From Xylographa opegraphella (Eukaryota): a stretch of DNA of 64,000 bases. Where the stretch lies: contig JALDZX010000020.1 in NCBI GenBank assembly GCA_022813865.1, positions 124,001 to 188,000 of the forward strand, read 5' to 3'. Below, piece by piece: positions 1-13,382 of this stretch (positions are counted from its first letter, which is position 1; each line of letters begins with the position of its first letter). The notes beneath the pieces are model-generated. The model was given only the letters and a program-made list of their open reading frames with translations. It was not told the DNA's origin and searched no databases. A program made the translations under genes and the position numbers.

Positions 1-960
1 GTCGATGCGTTTGAGGCGGTCTTGCTCCAGTACTCGGTCGTACCAATGCTGAAGTCCGTTCGAATAGTATCGCTTTATGGGCATAACGTCTCTTTCAGTA
101 GCCAGACCGTGCCTCCGGTTCAAAGCACGCCTTTCTGGCTCACTTCCGTGGCAAAGATAATGGATCACGGCTCCCAGACTCCACACGTCCGCTTCAAAGC
201 TGATCCAAGGCTGCTCCGGTGGCCTCCAAGAATCGGTTCCAGGTGAATATATGAAAGGAAGACCGAGTATATGCTCCTCGACGATGAGGGAGAGGCCGAA
301 ATCTCCCAGCTTAATATCCGGATAGTCTGTGTCAGGATTGGAACCAGGACGCCACTGGAGGAAAATATTCTCCGGTTTTATATCCGCGTGAATTACGGAA
401 CGCCACATATATTTAGGGACAGCGGTCTGGCTGCGCCCATGATGTATGTAAGCTAAAGCCTCAGCGCCTTGGAAAAGGACGTGCCAAAGGAAGGATTCTG
501 GGAAAAGCCTATTAATGTTACGGTAACGCGTTGCAAGTCTTTCCAGATCGCCATCGTTGCAGAACTTCATGAGGAATAAGTTGTCGGGAGCTGGGAAATA
601 CTCGAGTATCGCGCAAAGCCTTTCGTTCCTGGGCAATACGTCTAGTAAAATACGGACTTCTGTCGGGACTTCTTGGTTATTTTCTCTCTGCGCAACTGCC
701 TTGCAAACAAATAGTTCTGTTGTGTATTGGTATTTGTACACAAGTTTTACTGCAGCTGACGTTGGACCGTGGCGAAAGGATTTTTTGATGACCCATTTGT
801 CGTTCCCTAGCAGGAAATCCTCTCCAGGGCCAAGGCTCTCAAGTCTGTCACTCAAATAATTTGTATTGAGAGGAAATGAGTCTCGTGGCATCAGGTCTGC
901 CAATTCATTTCGCATCCAAGAATCTTCGTTCCCAGTATCAAAGTCAAATATTTTGGACAT
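1..960 (-). CDS. Ser/Thr protein kinase, NimA/NEK-like fungal type, non-RD; 3' end runs off the window
   Basis: Absent from the ORF track because there is no stop in the window. Hand translation from ATG at 960 is open for 320 codons: LFVCK (subdomain II), MKFCNDGDL, FPESFLWHVLFQGAEALAYIHHG, VIHADIKPENIFL, IKLGDFG, GTDSWRPPE, ADVWSLGAVI. Confidence 0.85.
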   Translation of the reverse strand, partial: MSKIFDFDTGNEDSWMRNELADLMPRDSFPLNTNYLSDRLESLGPGEDFLLGNDKWVIKKSFRHGPTSAAVKLVYKYQYTTELFVCKAVAQRENNQEVPTEVRILLDVLPRNERLCAILEYFPAPDNLFLMKFCNDGDLERLATRYRNINRLFPESFLWHVLFQGAEALAYIHHGRSQTAVPKYMWRSVIHADIKPENIFLQWRPGSNPDTDYPDIKLGDFGLSLIVEEHILGLPFIYSPGTDSWRPPEQPWISFEADVWSLGAVIHYLCHGSEPERRALNRRHGLATERDVMPIKRYYSNGLQHWYDRVLEQDRLKRID

Positions 961-1607
961 CAAGAAATGGAAAATGGGCTACAATGTTTGCAAAGGAGAC
1001 CACTTCGGTATTAAATTTATGCGAGTGCCCGTGTACCGAAGTTACAAGATAAATTGTTTAAGAGAAAGAGATAAATATAGCCTGAGAGACAAAGCATTAT
1101 TGTACGGTAACAAGGGGCAGTAGATCAATATGCTTATGTTTTGATTCTTAATGGCATAATTGAACCATTGAAATACAATAAGTAGATACTAACAAGAACA
1201 TCTGAAAGGTGCTACTGAGGAGCTGATCTAAAAGAAATTATGATTTCAAATCCAAGGGCACAATAAAAGTGAGGATATTGCTAGGCTTCCCAGCAATGGA
1301 CGATAGGAGAGTTAGTTCCTTTGCCATGAAGACAGTAAACACAAACATACAGCCATTACTTATCACAGCGTTATGCCTTCTCCAATTGGGTTATGTGCTT
1401 ATACCGTTGGAATGGCAGATTCTCTAGAGAGCTCGCACTCCCAGTCTTCAACTGAATCGAACAGCTGAAGAAGTGTAAGAATTGGTGATGAACATTTTGG
1501 CACTATAAAAGTTGCGCAAGGGGAACGGGCAAATTCTATTGTGCCAAAGTGCGTGTCGATTAAACTCCCGCCTTTCCGCCATGGCTATGCAGGAAAAATT
1601 CGAAACC

Positions 1608-2920
1608 TCATCTTGGAGTGTCTCTCAAGGTCCTCCCCCCGGGTTCATGGTCAGCGAGAACAGGGCCATTCTTTGTAGACTCTTTTGCCCTAGGCGTCGC
1701 ATTTGCAGCAGCAACAGGGTCGCCACCCTTCCTCTTTGTCCCGCCTCGCAATGTGACACCTTGTCCTTGAAACTTTGGCTTTGTTTCGTCCGCTTCCTTT
1801 TTCTCTCTCGTCTTCTTGACTGGCTTGATTTCATAGCCAAAGAATAGTTTTCCAGGAGGTAACCGAAGCGGCTGAGGTCTATTGGTTTGTCGGATAGTAG
1901 TTAGTGGAGGGTTGGTCGATGATCCGGCAACTGGTGTCGAAGCATTTGGCGTGGGTGCTTTGGTTCCTTTCCTAGCGTTCAGTTTTTGACCTCCGAGCAA
2001 GAAATTCGACGATGTAGCCCGTGCACCAGCTGCAGCGGAGCTCGAGTCGGGCGCGATTGACGAATAGTTGATAGCTTGAGCCATGGTACCCTGGTTATGT
2101 AGTAATCCACTAACAGGGAGTCCTCCTGATCCACTTCGAGGTGTGCTTATTCCACTTGCCCTCTGCGGTTCTTCGTAACCAATTGGCGCTGCGAAATCGA
2201 CCTCCAAATCCGTTTCTAATACACCAATAGCATTTTTGTTCGTGGTGGGTTTCGTCTCGAGAACTGCCATCTCAAAGATCTGGTCGTTGTATGAAAACGT
2301 GAAGATATCGCCTTTTGTGAGGCAGGAGAAGTTTCGGAAAGCGTTTTCGAGAACAGCTTTAGGATCGGAGATATCCAGAAATGCGGTAGATTGAGCTTGG
2401 AGTTTGATAAACTGCCCTGGGGGCAGATCCGTCGATTTGATCTGAAGAAGGTCACCCGGTTCCAGCAAAAGTGTCTGCATTAACTATGGGAAGATCTGCT
2501 TAGTATGAAGTTTGATCTGGTTGAATAATTTCACATACCCAGAACGGAAGATATATTTTACCTTCTTCTGCTATAAATTCCAGAACGCCAGCGTGGGTCA
2601 TCTTCTCTTTCGCTCCATTGATAAGCTCGAAAAGCATGGGGTATGTAATGTGAAGCCTCGTGAGCTTATCGAGTGCACTGGGTGGCATGATGACCTTGCC
2701 TCCGTGATTGACGTTTTCTCGCTCCGGCCCTGGTAGCATTGCTACAGGGTAGCAACGGTAATATTCATCGAAGCGGCGAGGAGCAGTCATACCGGCTCTC
2801 CTCAGGATTTCAGCAGGGAACATGCCCTGCATCATCTCATCCTCTAGGTATCCACGTCCAAACTAGTTTGAACATGAGTTAGAAAGCAGAATGTCGAGGA
2901 CAACAAGCGGAAGTTACCAT
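1608..2920 (-). CDS. UFD1: Ubiquitin fusion degradation protein Ufd1 (Cdc48 cofactor)
   Basis: Motifs [61 protein letters not shown]. Introns at 2863-2917 and 2484-2538; the first coding exon is the ATG alone. Confidence 0.95.
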
Positions 2921-3304
2921 TTCAGCAGTATGTGCACACACTACGAAGATGGAAGTCCTTTGGCGCAGGTAGACATGCCAACAAGACTCCCGATAACTTG
3001 ATGGTATTATGGGGGTTACTTCGATAATATGTTTGGCCTGGACTACGAATGACGACTGACGACGAGCTATGTAAGGTATGTAGGTAAGGTAGTGGTAGGT
3101 ATATAGTAGCTTCTCGCTTCTGCTTTCCGAGGAGGGGTCTTGTACCACTCTGTCGCGGACGTTCCAACACAACACTGAGTCGTATTCATGGTCCACTTAT
3201 TATATCCAAAAGCCCAATATCCAAAATCAATGATTGTATAATTTCATCTCTGGAGCAGCGTCAGTCTATGGAGCGCTGTGGCATTTTCTGGTATCCTAGG
3301 CACA

Positions 3305-4720
3305 ATGAGCGGCCGCCCTGCTCCGCGTCCGAAGCGGGGTGGAGAGGAATTTGCACGCACGCATCATCTGCAAAATCCGGGATCGTCGTCAAAGAAACCC
3401 CGATTCGACATACGCAATCCCTCTGCCTTGGTTCCTGATGCACCAGAAGAGGACGTTATACTTGAGGCTGACGAGATCGGGAAACGCGGTACCCAAGTCA
3501 AGCGAAATGCAGTAAATATTGATGGCTACGACTCCGATAGCTCAAACGAAGGCTTCAACGCCAGAGCCGCCGTGAAAGCGAAGCAGGTGGAAGAGTTTAA
3601 TAGCGTTGGAGCATCAAAAGAGGAGGCGACCAATGACATGTTTGAGGATTTGGATGAAGGGGTTGCGGACGGGAACGCAGACGGAGCCTTGGCAAGAGAG
3701 GGGAGGGCAAGAAAGAAGGACGTTAGATTCGTAGAGGTGGATGAGATCGAGGGACAAGTTCTGGGTAGCAAAAGCGGTGGCCACATAAGTTCGAAAGTTA
3801 CCGACGGCTCTGTGGCTGAGAAAGTCGGATGGAAGCCCAAGCAAGTAGGCGAAGGTGTGGAGAGTAGCTCCGATAGTGACGTTGGTGATGAGGTCAGAGC
3901 CGAGATGGCGAGTGATCTTGACGAGGAGATCGGAGCAGGAGGGAAAAAGAAGCATGCCCCTAAACTCGACGCTTTCAACCTCAGAGCTGAGAAAGAAGAT
4001 GGAGGCTTCGATGAGCAATTGAACTACGTCCGAAAGGCGGCAGATCCTGATGCGGTACATGACACATGGCTACAAGGAGTATCCAAGAAAGATATGAAGA
4101 AGGCTAAGGAGGCAGAGGACAAAAGAGAACAAGAGCGACGGCAAAAGATTCGTGAAGCCGATGCCGTGCTGACAAGCGACCTCCTGAAGTCTCTAATATT
4201 AAATCTAGACAGAACTGAAAGTGTCCTAGAAGCACTGGCAAGATTAGGACGATTGAAAGACAAGAAGAAACCAAGATGGTTGAACAAGAACAAGAATAAG
4301 CGAAAGGGATTGGACGAAATGGAGGTGGATGCCGAGAAGTTTCCTGAAGATCCTGCAGAAAGTAAACGACGTGAAGCCGTGGAAGCTATCACGGAAGCAG
4401 CAGATCAACTGCTCACACGTGGTCAGAACGAAATTTATGATGCCGAGCGAGAGTCGCTCATCCGGCAATGGCAACGTGAGACCGAAGAGCCTTGGATCGA
4501 ACCCCCTAAACAACTGTCGGAGGACTTCGGGGATACTCGGGAAGTAAAAAATTGGGAATATCGATGGTCTGATGCACGGGATGGAGGCGAAGCCCACGGG
4601 CCATACGAGGGCACGATGATGGAGTCCTGGAACAATGCAGGCTATTTCGGGGAAGGTGTGGAGTTTAGACCTGTTGGAGACCAAGACGAGGCATGGAGTC
4701 GCTCCGTGGACTTCGTGTAA
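3305..4720 (+). CDS. LIN1: LIN1/Snu40/CD2BP2-like U5 snRNP protein with C-terminal GYF domain
   Basis: Acidic body with DAFNLRAEKEDGGFD..NYVRK and D.WL. C-terminal WEYRW..GPYEGTMMESWNNAGYF GYF domain. First ATG is at 3305. Confidence 0.88.
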   Translation: MSGRPAPRPKRGGEEFARTHHLQNPGSSSKKPRFDIRNPSALVPDAPEEDVILEADEIGKRGTQVKRNAVNIDGYDSDSSNEGFNARAAVKAKQVEEFNSVGASKEEATNDMFEDLDEGVADGNADGALAREGRARKKDVRFVEVDEIEGQVLGSKSGGHISSKVTDGSVAEKVGWKPKQVGEGVESSSDSDVGDEVRAEMASDLDEEIGAGGKKKHAPKLDAFNLRAEKEDGGFDEQLNYVRKAADPDAVHDTWLQGVSKKDMKKAKEAEDKREQERRQKIREADAVLTSDLLKSLILNLDRTESVLEALARLGRLKDKKKPRWLNKNKNKRKGLDEMEVDAEKFPEDPAESKRREAVEAITEAADQLLTRGQNEIYDAERESLIRQWQRETEEPWIEPPKQLSEDFGDTREVKNWEYRWSDARDGGEAHGPYEGTMMESWNNAGYFGEGVEFRPVGDQDEAWSRSVDFV

Positions 4721-5106
4721 TACTAGTGACACAAACATGGTCCTGCCCAGAGTTACCATTGTCTCAAGGCAGATCCGTGGCAAGTCGCACAGACGAAGGA
4801 TCAGACACAGTCAAAGATGGACAAAAGCCTATACAAACACTGGGCGCGTCGAACCAGTTGGCACATCAGGATCATACGCGCATTGGTAGTAAAGTGGCTT
4901 TGGAAAGTTTCTTTCCAATCCGCTGATATCAACTGGCCGGCAGCATCTCTATCGAAACCAGATTCAGAAGCGGATCGTACCTAGTACTCATAACTCTGTT
5001 GGATGCCAAACCCATTCGTTGTGCTTGTCAAAGATCTAATTATACAATTGCCAATATAAGCTTTTGGAACCTGGACTCCGGAGATGTTGTCACTTCTATC
5101 GTGGTA

Positions 5107-6612
<1,506 letters not shown>

Positions 6613-7028
6613 GTTGTCGAGGATTGTGGTCTTGGAACGCGGTAGCGACAAATAGATACAAATAGCCGCGACGACAAAGATCGCGTCTGGCAAAATTGTC
6701 GCGAAGCTAGTGCTATACTCCGCCGTGCGAAGAGTCTCCGCTACTTGTCAGAATCAACGATCAACACAAGAAAATTATCATGGGGGAGTTCATGCCGAAG
6801 ATGCTGTGACAGATAGCACTGGTAGACTCCGAGGCTCTCTCTCTTTCTTACACATCTTGTCTCCATGAACTACCGCACATACTGGATCGCGTCATTTCAC
6901 ACCCAAGGATCGAGGATAGTTGCAGGTTCTTCCTAGGCTAGTAGCTTGAAAGAAGAATGTTACGGGGTACTTCCATATCCAACTTACGACCACTCACTCT
7001 TTCTTTCCATAATTCCTTTTAATCTGAA

Positions 7029-10000
7029 ATGACGGATCCTCACCGGATGGAACGCAAGTTCAGCCATGACTATCCTCCCCGCCGACCTCGGGCCCTGGAG
7101 GAGCAGAGATGCTACGACAGCTATAGACCTGCTGACCAATCGCCTCCCAGAGAGCATTCTAGGTCAAGAGCTACTGCTAAAGACTATTGCGAGCCTTACC
7201 AAATGTCTCTGAAATGGGAGTCGGATGAGTTTAGATCCAGAGATCGACGCAAGTCAGCCACATCCAAGACAGGCGGTAGCTTGAGCGAGAGTTCCCTCAG
7301 GCCCCCCAACGATTCACTTCCACAGCCTTCTACAAGGTTAGCCAACAAATCAGGGATGGTTAAGCCGTTATTAGAGATTCTTTCTAAAGATACTCGGTCT
7401 CAATCGAATGACAATGCGCAGCTTCGAATGAACGATGGCAATAGCTCTGAAATGGACTTAGATGGTCCATCACCGACCCGGCTAACCAAACCTTCAAAAA
7501 TAGAGACACTCCGGGTTGATACGTCCAAGAAGTTTAAGCATATTGAAGATGGACGCAGTGTTTCGAGTAGTAAGTACGCTTCTGACTCGTGATTTATTTT
7601 CACCCACGGGATATCACTCATGCGAGCCAGGCCCCAAGCCTCCAACTGCATACATGGGTCCCCTTCAACGAGGTACAGGAGATAGTGGATTGGCCTCACC
7701 TGCTATGTCTTCTGGGATTGTAACGCTGCGAAGTGCAGCAATCATTGATATGCCAAAACCAATTCCTGGTACGGATCACCCGAGCGCCTCGACAACGACA
7801 AATCGAGCCTCTGTGACATTTGCAGTACCCTTCGCGCCTGTGAACAGCGCCGCCAGTCATTCGAGTGTTGATGCTACTGATACACAGAAGCTCTTAGTTT
7901 GGCAGTTTTCGAATTTTGCCCAGAGCGTCAGCGAGATCGCTTCTGTCACCGTTCAAAGGGACCTATCGAGAACCACCGTTGACAGAAAGGAAAAGGAATA
8001 CGAAAGATGGCAGGTACACGGCGGTGACTTTTCTGCATTATCGGAAGAACAGAGTAGGGATCTGCAGCATCGCAAAACGATCACAGCACAACTCGATCAA
8101 AAACTAGAACGATGTGAGCAAGATCGAAATCATGCTGTGAAGGCTATAGTCTCTTCGATACTGGTTACCGGCAACACTCAAGCTTCTTCGTTGGTGGAGT
8201 CCAAAAGCACAAAGATCGAAGACTTTGAAGAGCAGCTTGCGAAAGTGAAGCACGAAATTCAAAGTTTGAAAGCACCGAAAGAGCTCGCGGAAGGTCCACC
8301 GCGAGAATCGCATTCCAGTGATGCCAAGAGTAGGTGGACTCTTCTGGGTTCCGATCTAGACCGCATACGTTCGTCCATTCAAGCTGCTCGCGCAGACCTC
8401 GGGCTGTGGCGAAGTATAAAAGAGGATGTTACGCATATGAAGAATCAAATACTTACTCTCGAAAGCCGGAGTTTGCAATTGTCAAGCACTATGAAAGATA
8501 GCATGGCCAACCTTCATCAAGAAAACAATGCAATAAAGAACTTGCACCAGTCCTTGAAGGATGTAGTCACAAAAGAGCAAGATGCAAAGGCCGGACTGCT
8601 TCAACAACTCCAGCGGCACGAGCGCGAGGCGGAGGAAGCTCAACAGCATATCTCTCGAATTGAGGAGAAAATTGGCTCACTATCTGATACTTGTACAACA
8701 TTTGGCTTGCGTATCAAGTCGTTGGAAGCTTCTAATGATTCTGAACAGCTTGTCGAAATGAGTACACAAGCAAAGAAAGAGTCGGACAGGGTCAATAGTG
8801 AGCTATCAAGATTGAGAAGAGAACAAGAGGAGAAGGACGATCTCGTTGGTCAGGAGGTCGAACGACTTGACAAAGCTATGATCTCGTTGGAGAATAAACT
8901 TGAAGAGGCTGCCAAAAAACTCGAAACAAAGTTCGATCTTATGGAAGCCACGAATACTACACTAAGCAGGCGTATCACAGCACAAGAATCGAAGCCTATC
9001 GATCACACTCGCCAGCCACCATTGAGCGGAGTTCACAGTACAAATTGGACTGGTTTTGATACTGTGGCGTCACAGACTCAGATACCACATCAAAAACATG
9101 TCCTTGACGAGTACAATAATCGCCTTATTGCTTGCGAGACAGTACTCGGAAATTTGCAAAGCCGCTATGACAATCTCAGTACAGCGGATCTTGCAAAAAG
9201 TATGGTTCATCAGATGCAAACTATGTATCCATATCCGGTCACTGTATTCAACCAGATAGAGCAACTCTCGCGCAGCTACGCTCTGTCACTCCAGAGTCTT
9301 GCAAGTTTGTCGGCTGATATAGGAAAACTGAGTCAACGACTAGATGCCACGGTCGGATCCTCAATGTCAAATTTGATATCAAATGGTAGTGTGATGAACA
9401 ACAATACTCAAACCCCTCCAGAAAGCCAGCAACTTATGCTTTTCAATGATCGCCTGAAGAACTTATCCGCTGATGTGGAAGAAAAGTTTCCTCGTCTGGA
9501 ACATTCACTAAAGCTCTTGACTGATCGAGTTGAGGGCGACTCGAACAAAGTTCAGGCCATCGCAGGCACAATTGATGTTGCAAAAAGACAATACGAGACT
9601 ACAGTAGAGTCCCTTAAGTCAAACATTTTGAGATTGGAAAATGAAACCGCTCAGAAAGCCGGTAGCGCCGACGTGGTGGCTATGCGGGTAAAAATGGACA
9701 TAGATAACGTAGAAATTCAGAGTCGACTTGCGGAAAAGAAGGAGATCACGGTTAAAGAACTGGCATTATTGCACGGGCAAATGACACTGGTAAATCAGCG
9801 TTTAGGAATCAGTCAACAGAAAGTTGACCTGGATGATACTCACCAAGACAGCTCCGAAGAGTCGATCGTTGTTGCAGCACGCAAAGCAAATTCATCCGTT
9901 CAGAAGGTCGAAATGAGCGACTCCGAGGATGAAGATATACCTCTTGCACATCGTTCGGGAAGTGGCCTACATAAGGGAAAGCGGACGAGGAAAAGAAGGA

Positions 10001-10047
10001 GAAGCGAAAGTGACGATGCTGACTATGAACTGGGTCGCCGAAGGTAG
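7029..10047 (+). CDS. Hypothetical ~985-aa coiled-coil protein with basic C-terminal NLS-like tail
   Basis: Two long ORFs are joined in frame by intron 7570-7630 (GTAAGT..CCAG). Long heptad-like E/K/L/Q-rich segments; C-terminal KGKRTRKRRR. Confidence 0.7.
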
Positions 10048-10319
10048 GAACATAGTTGTGTGGTAGAACGAAAATCTTGGATCATACTCTTGATCATCTG
10101 AAATCTGGCATTTGTGGGATGGCTTAGTCCTCCAGAGACTGTACACAGCCTGGTGCGCGTGAACATATGTATCGCGAACAAACTTTTCGGTAATTGATCT
10201 CCTGCTCTGGGAGTGCTTCAGATAGATGATACCCTGGCTGGAAGGCCTTGCAGCGCGTTCCGAAGCTACATGTACATCTTGCTCCTCTGGCTGCGCGTCA
10301 AGTAGCAGACTTAATAGAT

Positions 10320-10399
10320 AAGGTAGCTTACAGACAAGGTAGCTTACAGACAAGGTAGCTTACAGACAAGGTAGCTTACAGACAAGGTAGCTTACAGAT
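10320..10399. repeat. Tandem minisatellite, 16-bp unit AAGGTAGCTTACAGAC x5
   Basis: Four perfect copies plus a fifth ending in T, head-to-tail with no spacers. Confidence 0.97.
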
Positions 10400-10999
10400 A
10401 TTCGACAAAAATTGCGGTATCTCAATATTGTCACTCGTTCATTGCGAAAACTTTACATTAGCTGGCTGGTTGCAGTAAGGTAGGTCTAACCTCGTACTGT
10501 GGTAGTTCAGCGCGGCACGGAGCAGACTACTAGTGGCCTTGGGCCTTGGGCCGAGGGCAGGGGTTAGGCTCGGTGCTATTTAAGCGTTAGCGGAGGAAAC
10601 TAAAGTATTTGTCCCAAGCTCAGTCACTACATTTGTTTGTCAACAACGAAGATGGATCAACATTACCTTATCAGCCTCTTAGGCTCGCATGTGCAGCTTC
10701 ATACCTCTCGTAGATCATCTCACGATGTATCTCGAGAGACAACAATTTATAGCCCCAGCTTTGGGGTCCTCCAAGGCTGATCAACTTTGGGTTCTCCATT
10801 CAGCGGTGATACTTGAGGTAGTAAGCGGAAACGTATCTCGTTGGACACAACGTTATCATAGAGAGCAGGAAACAGCTGGTAAATCGAATCAGCGGAGAAA
10901 AAGAGTGAGGGCAGAAAACACAAAATCCAGAAAAATCAGTAGGAAAAAGGGAACAATTTAGTACTTTCACAGTCTTTTATTATCAAAGCATTTGTCGTC

Positions 11000-12058
11000 A
11001 TGCAATTCGAAGACTTAGCCAACGAACTTGTTCTTCATGTTTTTCAATCTTGCACTTCCGTCGAGGACGTTCTCAGCCTCGCGTCGACTTGTCGACACTT
11101 TCGAACTGTCTTTGGCGCCTCTCAACGGCTTCCCGTTCTTTACCGAGCAGCAGAAGCAGAATATGGTCCCCTTACCGAAGCCATCCAAATTGCTACACAC
11201 AATTCAAGCCAACCTGCTCACATAGTCCGCAAAGTTCCACTTTCCCTTGCCCTCCTTAAACAAGTTTTGAAAATTGGTGCAGCAGCCAAGAAGTGGGAAG
11301 ACATCTATCCATCCAAGAAGTGGAAAGATGCGTTCGAAAACCGCCGTCTCCTTACAACTGGAGAACGTTATCGCCTTCGTCGTGCTATCTACAGACTCTG
11401 GCTATACTCGAAAGCTTTCCACAATTCTCGATATACACGCCTGACACGCACGCACAAGCACGTTGTCCTCGAGCGCGCAGAGCTACTTCACAATTGGAGC
11501 ACGCCGGAACTCGCCGAGGTAGAAGACGTGAGAGCTGTAATTCGAGACGTCCTCCGCAACCAGATCTGTCCCAGTAATGGCACCATTCAGCGCAAATTCC
11601 GCAAGCGACATCCAGACTCTGATCAGCAGCTCCTCTTCAACATCCATCTCAACTACCCGCCACCTGCCTCCTCGACATTCCAGCAGCATTATTATACCAC
11701 CCACCAGATCTCCTCTTCAGCCAAGTTTTTCCCTGACGACGTCAAAAGTGCGTACAGCATGAAATACACATCCACACCTAATCACGAGCCTGGTGGGGAA
11801 GGCTGGGGGGATGATATTCCGCACTACTACATCATCGAGGACATGGCAAAGCTGGATCCCGGGCAAATAATATGGCTGAAGGAGAACGCACCGCTGAAGG
11901 GTATGGTAGAGTGCTTTGTGAATGAGCTGGGAGACTCTTTTAAGAATAATGGCGAAACTTTTGGGCAGACACTGGAGTGGGTGCTTCAGGAGCGAGGTGA
12001 GGATGTGGAAGAGATCCGAACCGCGATTTTGGAGGGGGAGATAGGAGTGACTGGCTAG
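11000..12058 (+). CDS. F-box-like domain protein (fungal hypothetical)
   Basis: 352-aa intronless ORF with N-terminal FEDLANELVLHVFQSCTSVEDVLSLASTCRHFR. Confidence 0.8.
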   Translation: MQFEDLANELVLHVFQSCTSVEDVLSLASTCRHFRTVFGASQRLPVLYRAAEAEYGPLTEAIQIATHNSSQPAHIVRKVPLSLALLKQVLKIGAAAKKWEDIYPSKKWKDAFENRRLLTTGERYRLRRAIYRLWLYSKAFHNSRYTRLTRTHKHVVLERAELLHNWSTPELAEVEDVRAVIRDVLRNQICPSNGTIQRKFRKRHPDSDQQLLFNIHLNYPPPASSTFQQHYYTTHQISSSAKFFPDDVKSAYSMKYTSTPNHEPGGEGWGDDIPHYYIIEDMAKLDPGQIIWLKENAPLKGMVECFVNELGDSFKNNGETFGQTLEWVLQERGEDVEEIRTAILEGEIGVTG

Positions 12059-12352
12059 CGATTTGTATTATCGTTGCACTGCTTATAATATGTTATATCA
12101 CAGACATATACATCTTTCTTAAACACGGGTACTTTTCCAGACTAGCTCATGCTATTGTCAGTAGAAACCCTTCGCATCTGAATACCATCTCGTGGTATGA
12201 AAATTCCATTCATGCTCTTGAAGATAAGAATCTTGCAGGGCTATAACAAGGTTTTCCCAGCAAGCATGCAACAATCCTTGGGCTTATCGTGCACTTAATC
12301 GTGTGAAAAGACGTCTCCATCCATGAAGCAGCTGAAGTTATTCGATCCGTCT

Positions 12353-13382
12353 CTAAAAATCCCCACCACCATCGTCCATACCGCCGTCGCCCATGTCGCC
12401 TCCTCCTCCTAATCGGGTTAGTAATCTGAAAGTGGATTTGGAATACCTGCAAACGTACCATAATCCTGGTTCCCATTGTCCTGGCCTTGCTCATAGCCCC
12501 TACGATCAAGTTAGCAATACTCGTCATAGCAATTTTATGCTTAACATACTGGTCGTATTCATTCTGGTCGTGGTCCTGCATCGCGTCCTCGAGAAGCATA
12601 CCTCCCACTAGCCCACCACCGAGTCCAAGCGCTGCTCCACCCATAGCGCCCATCCCACCTTTTCGTGGCGCTGCGCCCTGCTGTGGACCATATCCGTACT
12701 GTTGCTGAGGTGGATAGCTCTGATAGCCAGGTTGAGGTCCATAACCTGAGGGCTGTTGTTGGTATCCCTGCTGGCCGTATCCTGGTTGTCCGTAGCCCGG
12801 TTGTCCGTAGCTTGATTGTCCGTAGCCCGGTTGTCCATACGCCTGTTGAGGACGTCCATACGCCTGTTGCGATGAGCTGGAACCGCCGCTGAGTTTACCC
12901 ATCAGCTTTCCCATGAGTCCTCTGCTCTTGCCTTCATCTTGTGAAGGCTGTTGGTTATAATTGGCTGGTGGGGATGTAGTTGACCCTGATGCTGACTGCT
13001 GACCATAATAGGAACTGCTCGCCCCACGATTTGTTTGTGCTACACGAGCGTTCTCTTCGTCTTGGAGCCTCTGAGCTAGCTTCGCATCCTCATCTACCGA
13101 GCTTGATGGATTGCTGTTTGATGTTACGGAGTAAGGATTGTTGGGGTTTGATTTCTCGTTGGAAGAGGGTAAGGCCCCACTGCCAGTACTATAGGTCGGG
13201 GGTGGCCCAGCGGGAGCAGCGTCGAAAGCACCTGCCACTGGTTCCGTAGGTTTCGTCCACGAGCTTTCCTTTGTTATTGTGTTGACATAGAACCATTCCT
13301 TATATTCGGCATTCCAGACTGCTTTATATCCAGCGGGCACACGAGGGGGAGGGGGAGTAGAAGGAGGGAGATAGTCTGCCAT
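12353..13382 (-). CDS. WW-domain protein, Wwm1-like, with Q/Y/G-rich region and Gly-rich tail
   Basis: WW domain VPAGYKAVWNAEYKEWFYVNTITKESSWTKP; DEDAKLAQRLQDEE (UIM-like); GQPGY repeats; GGAALGLGGGLVGGMLLEDAM. Two introns near the 3' end give the ending ..DDGGGDF* (TAG 12353-12355). Confidence 0.85.

Noticed and set aside
1040..1320. RIP-degraded transposon remnant in an AT-rich patch
   Set aside because: Short and only moderately AT-rich, with no terminal repeats or transposase/RT traces.
10320..10399. CRISPR array
   Set aside because: The 16-bp units are contiguous with no spacers, there are no cas genes, and the context is eukaryotic.
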